This document shows, piece after piece, positions 37,970 through 47,528 of a DNA stretch of 64,000 nucleotides. Each line of letters opens with the position of its first letter. Positions within the stretch are counted from its first letter, which is position 1. Origin of the DNA: Candidatus Uhrbacteria bacterium (GTDB taxonomy: Bacteria; Patescibacteriota; Patescibacteriia; UBA9934; GWF2-40-263); NCBI GenBank assembly GCA_016188425.1, contig JACPHX010000003.1, forward strand, positions 18,606 to 82,605. The letters run 5' to 3'. Both the position numbers and the translations under genes were made by a program. Below the pieces are notes generated by a model. That model worked only from the letters and a program-made list of their open reading frames with translations, made no database searches and had not been told where the DNA came from.

Positions 37970-38106
37970 AGAAATCCTTCAGATGGTAACCGACGGCGAA
38001 TTGGACTCCTCTCAAATCGAGGACTTCAAAGGACTGAGCGACGAAGTTCAAGAGCTCGTAACCAACGGCGATATCGACATCGATGAGGCTCTGGAACTCG
38101 AGTAGA
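37960..38106 (+). CDS. Small highly acidic hypothetical protein (48 aa)
   Basis: ATG overlaps the previous stop (ATGGACGATGA). Product is MDDEEILQMVTDGELDSSQIEDFKGLSDEVQELVTNGDIDIDEALELE. Below the ORF-track cutoff. Confidence 0.3.
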
Positions 38107-38127
38107 CTTTTTCCACAGCCAAACCCC

Positions 38128-38155
38128 TTGCATTGCCATACCGAATTGGTATAAT
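38128..38155 (+). promoter_or_regulatory. Near-consensus sigma70 promoter upstream of the late structural genes
   Basis: TTGCAT - 16 nt - TATAAT. Confidence 0.5.
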
Positions 38156-38178
38156 TGAATAGTAAGAAATAGTCTTAA

Positions 38179-38228
38179 AGACCAGTTTGTCCCCGCATGT
38201 CGCGCGGACACCGAACTGGTCTTTTTTC
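38179..38228 (+). terminator. Structured hairpin plus T-tract immediately downstream of the promoter (6S-like terminator, attenuator or small RNA)
   Basis: Perfect 9-bp outer stem agaccagtt/aactggtct enclosing an inner gtcc...ggac stem, followed by TTTTTT. It starts about 24 nt after the -10 element. Confidence 0.45.
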
Positions 38229-38276
38229 GTTACCGCCAACACTAAGGCGTAAAAATGTTTATTAATCACCCCAGCT

Positions 38277-38942
38277 ATGACAACTCAAAACCCCGCCAAT
38301 GAGGACGGCGTAAAAACTCCTCCCGTCAACAATGAAGGTAAAGACGATAAAACACCTTCACCGTCTGGTCAGGACGATAAAAAGACCCCGTCAGGCGAAG
38401 ACGATAAAAAGCAGGAGCAAATGGTTCCCATGAGCCGTTTCCGCGAAGTCATCGACGAGAAAAACAAGTACAAGGACGAGATCGATAAACGCGATCAAGC
38501 AGAGGAAAAACGAAAGCGCAAAGAACTCGAAGAGCAAGGAAAGTACAAAGAAATTCTTGCCGAAAAGGACAAAGAGCTTGAGTCCGCTGGTAAAACCAAA
38601 GAGCAGCTGACCCAATACGAAGAAACGGTACAGGAAGTCTTGGCTCAGGAACTCGAAAAGATTCCCGAAGACAAGAAAACTCTCATTCCCGATGAGCTTT
38701 CCACGGTGGCGAAACTGAAATACATCGCCAAGAACCGCGCACTGCTCATGGGAGAGAAAAGCACGACAGGCGCTCCTATTCCGCCTAACAGCAAGAACCT
38801 CTCAGAGGTCGAAGCGAAGAAACAACGCTACGACGAACTCATGCAGAAACGCCAAAAGGGCGAATTCCTGTCTGAACCTGAACGCAGAGAGATCATGAAG
38901 CTGGGGCAAGAAATCGTGGCTCTGAAAAACCAGACCACTTAA
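38277..38942 (+). CDS. Scaffolding protein (putative)
   Basis: 221 aa, highly charged, Lys/Glu-rich and helical. Immediately precedes the major capsid gene. Confidence 0.5.
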   Translation: MTTQNPANEDGVKTPPVNNEGKDDKTPSPSGQDDKKTPSGEDDKKQEQMVPMSRFREVIDEKNKYKDEIDKRDQAEEKRKRKELEEQGKYKEILAEKDKELESAGKTKEQLTQYEETVQEVLAQELEKIPEDKKTLIPDELSTVAKLKYIAKNRALLMGEKSTTGAPIPPNSKNLSEVEAKKQRYDELMQKRQKGEFLSEPERREIMKLGQEIVALKNQTT

Positions 38943-38967
38943 CGCCTTATTCTTTAATTTTAATAAC

Positions 38968-40098
38968 ATGATTACCGCAGGAAAATATACGACCTACGAC
39001 AGTCCCTACCTCGACGAACTCGTGAAAGGGATTGCGGTCATGATCGACCCGAAACTGACCACTTCTCTGGATTTATTCCCAGAGTTTGAGCCGATCAACA
39101 CAACTAAAATCAAGTGGTACGACGCCAAAACCTACGCGCTGGAAGGCGAAGTAGGCGGTGCTGGCTGGAATGATACGGACACTTCCGCTCTTCCTGTAAG
39201 CGCCGAGTTTTCGCAGCTTGTAAATGTCGGTGACGTTTTGCGAGTGGAAGACGAATACGTCGTCGTGAAATCCGTGGATCGCACGGGCAACACGATCGAT
39301 GTATACGGACGCGGCCATGGCGGAACTTCTGCAGCTTCACATGCCGCTGAGGCAGCCGTCTTCATTCTCGGCAACGCGAATGTGGAAGGAACCGTAAACG
39401 GCGACAGCTTGCTTGAAGACTCAATCGAACAATTCAACTTCACCCAGATCGTGGAAGAGCCGATCGAGATCACTCTCACCGCCCAAAAGCAGAAATATCT
39501 CGATGTCACCGACAAGCTTAACGATGAGCGCACCAAAGCCATGACCCGAGCCTTGAAAAAGCTCAATCAGGCCGTGCTCTTCGGCAAGCCATCGGCTGGC
39601 AGCAAAACCACTCCGCGCTCATTCGGCGGATTGAAACACTTCCTTGAGAACACTGCCGAAGGTTTGAATTACAACGTCGGCGGAAGTTTCACTGAAGACC
39701 ATCTTAAAAACGTGCTTCTCGAAATGGCGAGACGCGGCGGCAGCCCAGACACCATTCTTTGCTCTCCAGACATCAAGAGCGTAATCAACGGATTCAACGC
39801 GTCTAATACGCGCTACTCCCGAGAGGAACGCATGGCTGGCGTGCTGGTTGACCAGTACGAAGGCGAAGGCGTGGGCGTCCTGAAGATCGTTGCCGATCCG
39901 TTCTTGCGTCATTCATTCGGTGAAATGTACGTCGTGAATACGCGCAAGCTCGGCAAGACATGGTTTGTGGACGACAAGCTTCGCTTTGAAGCGGAACCTG
40001 CCAACTCTCGAACCTTGAAAGAAACCCTACAGGGTCAACTTACCGTCAAAGTGAAAGACGTTGTCACCGACTTCGCCCGCATGTACGGCATCAGCTAA
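38968..40098 (+). CDS. Major capsid protein (HK97-fold)
   Basis: 376 aa at the canonical position after the scaffold, followed by a strong terminator. Composition and length fit a siphovirus MCP. Confidence 0.65.
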   Translation: MITAGKYTTYDSPYLDELVKGIAVMIDPKLTTSLDLFPEFEPINTTKIKWYDAKTYALEGEVGGAGWNDTDTSALPVSAEFSQLVNVGDVLRVEDEYVVVKSVDRTGNTIDVYGRGHGGTSAASHAAEAAVFILGNANVEGTVNGDSLLEDSIEQFNFTQIVEEPIEITLTAQKQKYLDVTDKLNDERTKAMTRALKKLNQAVLFGKPSAGSKTTPRSFGGLKHFLENTAEGLNYNVGGSFTEDHLKNVLLEMARRGGSPDTILCSPDIKSVINGFNASNTRYSREERMAGVLVDQYEGEGVGVLKIVADPFLRHSFGEMYVVNTRKLGKTWFVDDKLRFEAEPANSRTLKETLQGQLTVKVKDVVTDFARMYGIS

Positions 40099-40104
40099 AG
40101 ACAA

Positions 40105-40140
40105 GGGGGAGATTTTCTCCCCCTTCTTGGCTTTTATTTA
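40105..40140 (+). terminator. Rho-independent terminator after the capsid gene
   Basis: gggggaga-tttt-ctccccc followed by ttcttggcttttattta. Confidence 0.6.
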
Positions 40141-40154
40141 TTAACGCAACCACC

Positions 40155-40403
40155 ATGAAATTCATCATCAAATCATCAGCCGTTGCGATCTCGGAAAAGA
40201 AATTCGCCAAGCGCGGCGAATATGAAACCGAGGACTCAAAAGAAATTGAACGGCTAAAAAATACCGCAAAGAAATTCCCGAAAGACGTTGAAGAAGTGTC
40301 TGCCAACGGTTCAAAGAAAAAAGAAGAACCGAAGGAAGACACCGACAGCGAGGACACGACCGTCGTTGATGAACCCAAAGAGGAACATCGACGCAGACGC
40401 TAA
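40155..40403 (+). CDS. Hypothetical acidic phage protein
   Basis: 82-aa ORF, Lys/Glu/Asp-rich. Confidence 0.4.
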   Translation: MKFIIKSSAVAISEKKFAKRGEYETEDSKEIERLKNTAKKFPKDVEEVSANGSKKKEEPKEDTDSEDTTVVDEPKEEHRRRR

Positions 40404-40422
40404 TTATTAACCATTAACCCGC

Positions 40423-41079
40423 ATGGAAGAGATACTTAAATACATTCAGGACTACGGATTCATGACCGTGTTTGCGGGCGCGGGCATGTTTTTCCTGATC
40501 AAGTTCGCACTGCTCAAATACCAGCAAATGGAACGCAGCATGTTGGAACAAAGCGTCGCCGAACCAAGGAAACACGCCTTCTTCCAAAAGGTCGATTACA
40601 TCCTGCGCTACAAACTCCCAGACATTAAGCTGAGCTCGAAAGGCACTTATTGCGAAGGCAGGACGGCCATGTTCCGAGACATGTTGAAGACAAAATTCGA
40701 ACTCTGGCGCGATATGGTCGCAAAGATTTGCTCCATGGATTACGAGCACATGTCGAGCGGAGACATCAGGCAGACGTTCACCCAAGAAACGCTTGATCTG
40801 GTGACCGAGTATGAGAGCGAATGGCAGAAAAACGGCGTACCAAAAATCGTGGTTTCAAAATTCCACGAATGGCACGACAACCATGCCGAAATGTTCTTGG
40901 GGACGGTCGACAGCATTACGCTCGGCGCCTGTTTCGGAAGCCAGCGCGAGATCATCAACGCCATACTGGAAATGAACATGCTCATGGTGTTGCTCACCCT
41001 GCTGGACGCCGAAAAGACTCTTGGAGACCTGAACGGAGAAATCTCTGGACTGGAATACAAAGGTTTGAAACTTCTCTAA
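40423..41079 (+). CDS. Hypothetical phage protein (head-tail region)
   Basis: 218-aa ORF in the structural operon. Confidence 0.45.
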   Translation: MEEILKYIQDYGFMTVFAGAGMFFLIKFALLKYQQMERSMLEQSVAEPRKHAFFQKVDYILRYKLPDIKLSSKGTYCEGRTAMFRDMLKTKFELWRDMVAKICSMDYEHMSSGDIRQTFTQETLDLVTEYESEWQKNGVPKIVVSKFHEWHDNHAEMFLGTVDSITLGACFGSQREIINAILEMNMLMVLLTLLDAEKTLGDLNGEISGLEYKGLKLL

Positions 41080-41089
41080 TCCTAAAAAG

Positions 41090-41746
41090 ATGCCTTACAT
41101 TCAATACGAAAACATCACGGGAGACGGAAGCGCAACCGAGTTCACGCTCGGGCAAAACTTTCGCAACGGCACTTGCCGCATTGAATACAATGGCAGGCTC
41201 TTTTATGAATATTGGGAAGTTTCGCCGAACAAGATCAAATTTGATTTCGCTCCTTCGGCCGATGACTTGGTGAAAGTTTCGTACTACACCGCCAATGAAG
41301 CTGGCCGACTCAACGCCGTCCGTTACCTGACGCCAAAACAGTATTTGGAATTGAGCGATTCTGGAAACGAAACCCCGCCCGAGGATGAAGCGATCGAAAA
41401 GAAAATCCGCGAGGCGGAAATGTTCATCGACGCATTCTGCGGATTCTGGGAAAAAGCCGACGAAACCCAGCAACTCCTGTTCCCGCGCATTGTCGATATT
41501 GATAATGAGGAAAAGTACCCAGTGATTCCCAAAGAGATCACCAAGACCACCGCGTTATTTATCGACATGATCCTGAACGGAAACAACGGCGGAAATGAAG
41601 AGATCGTCGAGGAATCCATCGGCAACTACAGCTACAAGAAATCGACCAGCGCGCAGGCCGAGACAATCGACGACAAACTGCTGCCGATCAAAGTCATGCT
41701 CAAGGGCTTCCGCAAGCTCACGGGCAAAATGAACATTAACCTGTAA
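41090..41746 (+). CDS. Hypothetical phage protein (possible head-tail connector/adaptor)
   Basis: 218-aa ORF; call is positional. Confidence 0.45.
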   Translation: MPYIQYENITGDGSATEFTLGQNFRNGTCRIEYNGRLFYEYWEVSPNKIKFDFAPSADDLVKVSYYTANEAGRLNAVRYLTPKQYLELSDSGNETPPEDEAIEKKIREAEMFIDAFCGFWEKADETQQLLFPRIVDIDNEEKYPVIPKEITKTTALFIDMILNGNNGGNEEIVEESIGNYSYKKSTSAQAETIDDKLLPIKVMLKGFRKLTGKMNINL

Positions 41747-41750
41747 AACC

Positions 41751-42047
41751 ATGTCATTTTTTGAATTGCTCACACAAACGGCGACAATCCAAGAACAGCA
41801 TGCTTCCAATGTCGGGGGCGCTGTGCAAAAGACATGGACTGACCGATTAAGCGCTCCAGCCCGTCTTGTCGCCAACGGCGGCAGCATGCGCAAAGGCGCC
41901 GAGACCTTGGAAAAGTACACTCGCGGAGACTTCACGCTCTTTCTCGGATATCACCCAGAGGTCACCGAAAAAATGCGCGCCGTCATCGAAGGGATCGTGT
42001 ACGCAAACAAAATTACGACCACATGGAGCTTCAGCTTAATAAAGTAA
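41751..42047 (+). CDS. Hypothetical phage protein (head-tail joining region)
   Basis: 98-aa ORF in the operon. Confidence 0.4.
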   Translation: MSFFELLTQTATIQEQHASNVGGAVQKTWTDRLSAPARLVANGGSMRKGAETLEKYTRGDFTLFLGYHPEVTEKMRAVIEGIVYANKITTTWSFSLIK

Positions 42048-42057
42048 CCGCATAACC

Positions 42058-42414
42058 ATGGCCATACGAGTAACAGGAATCGCAGACGTTCTGGAATCCC
42101 TTACCAAGGGCATTCAGGGCTATAGCGAAAAAACTGCAAAGGCGACCATGCAGGCGGGACTCAAGACGGAATACTTCGTCAAACAGATCACGCCAGTGCG
42201 AACTGGAAACCTTAAATCCAACATCAATACGCAAGTGATTTCCAAGGCAAAAGATAAAGTCGAAGCCTTCGTAGGCACGAACGTCTCGTATGCGCCTCAT
42301 GTGGAATTCGGAAACAAAAACATGGAACCTCGAGCCATGTTCAGAAGAGCCATCGACGAACACGGCAAAGAAATCTGGGAAACCTTTAATAACTCACTTA
42401 AGAAACAATCATGA
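42058..42414 (+). CDS. HK97 gp10-like head-tail joining protein
   Basis: TGNLKSNI...VSYAPHVEFGNK resembles the HK97 gp10 family. Confidence 0.55.
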   Translation: MAIRVTGIADVLESLTKGIQGYSEKTAKATMQAGLKTEYFVKQITPVRTGNLKSNINTQVISKAKDKVEAFVGTNVSYAPHVEFGNKNMEPRAMFRRAIDEHGKEIWETFNNSLKKQS

Positions 42415-42635
42415 ACCTAAAAACCGCCATCTTCGAACAGCTGACCAATGACCCTGCGATCACTGCGATCGTGGGCGAACGCGTTTACCGCACCTTTGCT
42501 CCCGAAGCGACCCTGCCATTTATTTCTTTTCAGCGGATTACCGCCGTCAACCAAAACGACATCGACTGCATGACCGAGCGTTATCAGTTTGACCTCGTCG
42601 GCTCGGTTGAGAGCGACGACACGCTGGAAGGGTAA
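42411..42635 (+). CDS. Hypothetical phage protein (tail completion region)
   Basis: 74-aa ORF overlapping the previous stop. Confidence 0.4.
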   Translation: MNLKTAIFEQLTNDPAITAIVGERVYRTFAPEATLPFISFQRITAVNQNDIDCMTERYQFDLVGSVESDDTLEG

Positions 42636-42856
42636 AGAACACGTGGCTCGAAATCATTGCGGACGGCTTCAGCGAAGACAATACTTTGCGCCGAATCACA
42701 GTCGACTTCAAGTTCGCGTATCTGCGCCAAGAACTTGAGCAATAAATTTCACCCGTCCGCGAGGTGGAAAAACTGAGGCATATAGCCCGCTTACGCTTGG
42801 AATGAATTCCAATGCTAAACGCGGGCATTTTTATTAACCATTTAACTCTCATCACT

Positions 42857-43624
42857 ATGTCACAAACGAACATTCAACGAAACGAGGCGCTGCGCTACGG
42901 CTCAGTAACTCTTTTCATCGGAGACGACTTCGGATCGCTCATCAATGTGGGCGCCATCCGAAACATGTCCTTCGAACACAAGGCGGAAAACATCGAGGTC
43001 GCCTTCGATAACGTTCCTTCCATCAAGAAATTCAAAAACGGTAACAAGGCGTCATTCGTCTTCGACTTGGCTGAAATCGACCTGACCACTTTCGCCTACA
43101 CCGACGCTGGGCTGGTCGTGCAGACCAATACCGCAGGCGCGCCCGTGAATATCACCAACGAAAACCTCGTCTTGACTGGCGTGCTTGGAAAAGCTTTGCA
43201 GAACAAGAACGGCAACGGCGCGGTAGTCACTGGAATCGTGGTAACCGACGAAGGAGGATCAATCACATACGTTCTCAATCAGGATTACACCGTGCAGATC
43301 GGAGCCGACGGCTACACCAGAATCGCCCGCATTGAAGGCGGAGACATCGACGAAGGCGACACTCTGCTAGTGGATTACACTTACACGCCGAACGCCAGCA
43401 AGAAAGTGACCTTCTACACAGGCGGAACCAAAACTTACAAAGTCGCGCGGATTGTGAACGTGAACAATGACGGCAAAGAATTCCGCATTGATCTCGAAAA
43501 CGTCACCAACATCAAACCGCTCACCACTCCGTTCCAAGCCGATGACGGCGACGGAATCATGGTCTGCTCCATCGAGCTTTCGGGAACCGTAAAAGAAATC
43601 GTCGATGAGCAAAGCGTCTCTTAA
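42857..43624 (+). CDS. Major tail protein (putative)
   Basis: Start at MSQTNIQRNE. Ser/Thr/Gly/Val-rich beta protein sitting before the chaperone pair and tape measure. Confidence 0.55.
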   Translation: MSQTNIQRNEALRYGSVTLFIGDDFGSLINVGAIRNMSFEHKAENIEVAFDNVPSIKKFKNGNKASFVFDLAEIDLTTFAYTDAGLVVQTNTAGAPVNITNENLVLTGVLGKALQNKNGNGAVVTGIVVTDEGGSITYVLNQDYTVQIGADGYTRIARIEGGDIDEGDTLLVDYTYTPNASKKVTFYTGGTKTYKVARIVNVNNDGKEFRIDLENVTNIKPLTTPFQADDGDGIMVCSIELSGTVKEIVDEQSVS

Positions 43625-43641
43625 CATTTAATCCTTAACCT

Positions 43642-43980
43642 ATGAGCCGAATATTCGATGCAGATAGCCACGCGCTCCTCTCCGACCATGACGTCTTCAA
43701 GGTCGGCGGCAAGGAGTACAAAGTGCCAGACATCAAAATGAAAACAATGCTTCAGTTCGAAAAACTGGAGCAATCGAATGCGAGTAAATTCCAGACTATG
43801 GTGGATCAAATCCACTTGGTCTTGAAGGATTGCAACAAGATCACCAAAGACGAAATCGAAGGCTGGGGCTTCAAGACGTGTCTCGCCTTCATCATGTGGC
43901 TCTTTGAGCCGCTCAAGGAGCTGGGTCTAAAAAAAACGGAAGAGCTCTTAAAGAGCGAGAAACCAGCCGAAAAGGAGTAA
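43642..43980 (+). CDS. Tail assembly chaperone (putative)
   Basis: 112 aa, immediately upstream of the tape measure gene. Call is positional. Confidence 0.45.
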   Translation: MSRIFDADSHALLSDHDVFKVGGKEYKVPDIKMKTMLQFEKLEQSNASKFQTMVDQIHLVLKDCNKITKDEIEGWGFKTCLAFIMWLFEPLKELGLKKTEELLKSEKPAEKE

Positions 43981-43991
43981 GGCTCGGCGAG

Positions 43992-44189
43992 ATGTTCGCC
44001 CAGATGATCAGGTACTACAACGGCGGATTCGATCATTGGAAACTCCTTCGGCTCACGTACAAGCAATTCCTCATGTACTACTCCTGCCTCATGGACATGC
44101 TGGAATCCGAAAACGGCAAGAAAACCGACAGGCCGAAAAAAGACCCGCTCGAGGCAATGAAGGAAGTTAAAAACATTATTCAATCTTAA
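43992..44189 (+). CDS. Small ORF between chaperone and tape measure (possible second chaperone / frameshift partner)
   Basis: 65-aa ORF in the G/GT-equivalent position. Confidence 0.3.
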   Translation: MFAQMIRYYNGGFDHWKLLRLTYKQFLMYYSCLMDMLESENGKKTDRPKKDPLEAMKEVKNIIQS

Positions 44190-44194
44190 ACACC

Positions 44195-46564
44195 ATGGCA
44201 TTCGGAACTGCAAACATCGTCGGAGAACTTGGGGTCAAGATCACGGGTTATACCGCAGACCTCGAGTCCTCGCTCAAGAACGCAACCAAGGAGATCAAGA
44301 CCTTCGGCCTCAGCGCCGAGTCAACGGAAAAGATCGCCAAAATCGCGTTCACAGGCATTGCCGCCGCAGCAACTGCGCTTGCGGCTGGTTTGACGATCTC
44401 GGTGAAAAACGCCGTGGAGTTTGAGAAAGGAATGACCAATATCGCGACGATCGTCGACACCAACACTGAAAGTTTGAAAGACATGGGAAATGCGGTCTTG
44501 GATATTTCCAAACGCACGCCCGTGCAAATTTCGGAACTGACGGCGACTCTGTACGAAATCCGCGACGCTGGCATCTCAGCCGATGACGCCATGGAAGTGT
44601 TGGAAAAATCTGCGCAACTCGGTGTCGTTGCGCTTGGTACCACGGCTGAAGCAGCTGATATCGTCACGAGTGCAGTGAATGCATTTAAGCTTAATGGTGA
44701 GGAAACTCAAAAGGTCTACGGATATGTTTTCGAGGCAGCCAAAGCTGGCAAAACAAACCTGTCCGAGCTTGCAAATGGGTTCGGATCAGTGGCCGCCATG
44801 GCGGCACAAGCCAATATCGAACTGCCAGAATACTTAAGTGCGGTCGCAGCTCTCACCACAACTGGCCTCCCAGCTTCGCAGGCAAATGCCGAATTGAAGT
44901 CGGTTATTGCTGGTGTCACCCGTGAAGGAAAAGAACTAACTAAAGTGCTTGATAATTTGGAAGCGAAATCATTCAAAGAGCTGATGGATAAAAAGGGCGG
45001 CATGGTGAATGCCTTTAAGGCGATCACTGAGTCCGTGAAAAACGACGATGCCGCAATAATTTCCATCTTTGGATCGATTAGGGCATACAACGCGGTCGTC
45101 CAGCTGTCGGGAGACCTAAACGGCGTGTATAACGAATCCCTTGCGAACATGGAAAACGGCGCGCAAAGCGTCACTGAAGCATTCGAAAAGCAGAAAGCTA
45201 CCGTATCGGCTCAGTGGCAGACGATGAAAAACAATCTCGAGGCGCTCAGCATTCAAGTCGGCAGCGCATTGCTTCCCGCCTTGAACCAAGCTCTTCAAGC
45301 GGTAACCGCATTCATCGATAAAATTCCAGCGATAGTCGATCAACTTAAAGACTGGGTGGAAAACAATGATTGGGTACAGGGTGCGCTCATTGCGCTGGGT
45401 TCAATCCTGACTGGTTTGGCAATTTCCGTGATCCCTTCGCTCGTTGTTTCCCTTGGCAGTTTGATTGCAACCGTCGCCGTAGCGGCCGCGCCCTTTGTGG
45501 CGATCGGCCTGCTCATTACGGCAATTTACGTCGCAATCAAGAATTGGGATCAGATCACCGCATTCGTGCAGGACGTTTGGAATAAGGTCGTGGATTACAC
45601 CATGAAGGCATGGGAATGGATGAAGCCTTACGTTGAAGGCGCTCTTCGAGTGGTCTTAGCAATTATCACGGGCGGACTGAGTGAAGCTGTGATTTATTTC
45701 GTCCAGAATTGGGACAAGATCAAACAAGCCGCGATCAGTTTCTGGGAATGGATCAAGCCATACGTGGAAGCCTCGCTTCGCGCGGTGCTCGCCGTGATCA
45801 CTTTCGGTTTAAGCGAGCTGGTTATCTTCACCGTTAAGAACTGGGATCAAATCAAGGCGACTACTATTGCAGCATGGGAAGGCATTAAAGCCTCCGCTGT
45901 CGCAATCTGGAATGCCATCGTCGGATTCTTGGAAGGCATTTGGCAGAGCATCAAGAACCTGTTTAACGCAGGGCTAGACGCCGTCAACAAAGCATGGACT
46001 ACGACATGGAACGGAATCAAAGACTTCGCCGTGAATACTTGGACTTCCATCAAAGACCTCGTCAATCAAGGCATTGAGGCGGTCGCTGGTATTTTCCAAG
46101 GCGGAATCAGCATTATCGGAAACGCTTGGCGGTCTATTTGGGACAACGTCGTGAATATCGTGACGGGCGTTTTCAATACGATTCAAAACACCGTCAACAA
46201 CATCATCTCGTGGGTTCAACGCGCCCTCGATAAGATCAATATTTTCAAAAGTGAGCAAGCTTCCGTGAATAAAGGAAGTTGGGCTTTTGGCGGATACACC
46301 TTCGGTGGAGTGAATCAGGTCGCAGGCATCGTGCACGGCGGAGAATGGGTCGCCCCTGCGTGGATGGTCGATAAATACTCTGGACTCATAGGGCAACTGG
46401 AGGCGGTTCGAACCAGAGGCTTCAAATCAGGCGGACACGTAAGGAACGGCGTCACGAACAACAATCAAAGAACCGTCACGCAAAACATCACCCAAAACAT
46501 TCGGGAAGGTGTTGATTTTTCAATTGCCGCAAGAGAGCTCTCGTGGCGCGCTCGATTCAGCTGA
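44195..46564 (+). CDS. Tail tape measure protein
   Basis: 789 aa, Ala-rich and helical with a TM-like central stretch and repeated KNWDQI/QNWDKIK/KNWDQIK motifs. Classic tape measure position. Confidence 0.8.
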   Translation: MAFGTANIVGELGVKITGYTADLESSLKNATKEIKTFGLSAESTEKIAKIAFTGIAAAATALAAGLTISVKNAVEFEKGMTNIATIVDTNTESLKDMGNAVLDISKRTPVQISELTATLYEIRDAGISADDAMEVLEKSAQLGVVALGTTAEAADIVTSAVNAFKLNGEETQKVYGYVFEAAKAGKTNLSELANGFGSVAAMAAQANIELPEYLSAVAALTTTGLPASQANAELKSVIAGVTREGKELTKVLDNLEAKSFKELMDKKGGMVNAFKAITESVKNDDAAIISIFGSIRAYNAVVQLSGDLNGVYNESLANMENGAQSVTEAFEKQKATVSAQWQTMKNNLEALSIQVGSALLPALNQALQAVTAFIDKIPAIVDQLKDWVENNDWVQGALIALGSILTGLAISVIPSLVVSLGSLIATVAVAAAPFVAIGLLITAIYVAIKNWDQITAFVQDVWNKVVDYTMKAWEWMKPYVEGALRVVLAIITGGLSEAVIYFVQNWDKIKQAAISFWEWIKPYVEASLRAVLAVITFGLSELVIFTVKNWDQIKATTIAAWEGIKASAVAIWNAIVGFLEGIWQSIKNLFNAGLDAVNKAWTTTWNGIKDFAVNTWTSIKDLVNQGIEAVAGIFQGGISIIGNAWRSIWDNVVNIVTGVFNTIQNTVNNIISWVQRALDKINIFKSEQASVNKGSWAFGGYTFGGVNQVAGIVHGGEWVAPAWMVDKYSGLIGQLEAVRTRGFKSGGHVRNGVTNNNQRTVTQNITQNIREGVDFSIAARELSWRARFS

Positions 46565-46576
46565 TAACCAAAAACT

Positions 46577-47518
46577 ATGCTCGGAATTTCCTACACATAC
46601 AATGGCATTACCATTAACGACCTTGAGAAAGACGCTCTCACGGGTGTGCCTTTTGCGTCTGAACAGGAACGGGCAAACGGCTCCGTTATCAGCATTATTG
46701 AAACACCGAGCGGATTCCATTCTCCCGAACTCAGACATTCAGAGGAAGCCAGACAAGGCCAGCACGGCATTCTCGATTACGACACTTTTGTCGGCAAGCG
46801 AGCCTTGGTATTCACTGGTCAGCTTATCGCTCCAGATCGGGAAACAATGGTCGCATTGGTCGATAAATTCCAAAAGGCTTTTACCGTGAGTGCCGTGCCC
46901 AGCAAAGATGACGGCTACCGCGAATTGCTTTTTACCGAAGAAGACGACATCGCCAAAAAGGTATTCGCGAAAGTCGACAAAATGCCCGACTACGCCGAGG
47001 AACTGGGATTTCCGTTCGTGCGCAACTTTATCGTGGCGCTCAAATGCAAAGAACCTCGAAAGCTCTCGCAGTCAATAAAAACCCAGCCAGAAATCAAAGC
47101 GGATATTCTGGGCGGGCAAATCATCATCCCGTTTAAACTGCCTTTGAAAATAGGCTGGAATTACGTTTATAAAAAGACCTTGGTAAACGCGGGAAATTTC
47201 GCAGCGTCTCCCGTTATCACGATTTACGCGCCATGCGTTAACCCTAAGATACTGAATCGCACCTACGACGTTTTCATGCAGTTTATCTGCACCCTCGAAG
47301 GCAATGATTACCTGAGAATCGACGTCCTTGAAGGAACGGCGACCGTGCACCGCGAAGACGGCTCGACCGAAGACGCCCTGCTTGTGCTTACCAACAATAG
47401 CGAGTTTTTCTATCTGCTCTCTGGCGAAAACGAGGTCGTGTTTTTGGAAGAAAGCGGAGTGCCGCCCGTAAACAATTATTCATACGCGCAGATCGAGTGG
47501 TCTGACACGTGGCTTTAA
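46577..47518 (+). CDS. Distal tail protein (Dit-like, putative)
   Basis: 313 aa directly after the tape measure. Confidence 0.45.
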   Translation: MLGISYTYNGITINDLEKDALTGVPFASEQERANGSVISIIETPSGFHSPELRHSEEARQGQHGILDYDTFVGKRALVFTGQLIAPDRETMVALVDKFQKAFTVSAVPSKDDGYRELLFTEEDDIAKKVFAKVDKMPDYAEELGFPFVRNFIVALKCKEPRKLSQSIKTQPEIKADILGGQIIIPFKLPLKIGWNYVYKKTLVNAGNFAASPVITIYAPCVNPKILNRTYDVFMQFICTLEGNDYLRIDVLEGTATVHREDGSTEDALLVLTNNSEFFYLLSGENEVVFLEESGVPPVNNYSYAQIEWSDTWL

Positions 47519-47528
47519 CTTTGTCCGT

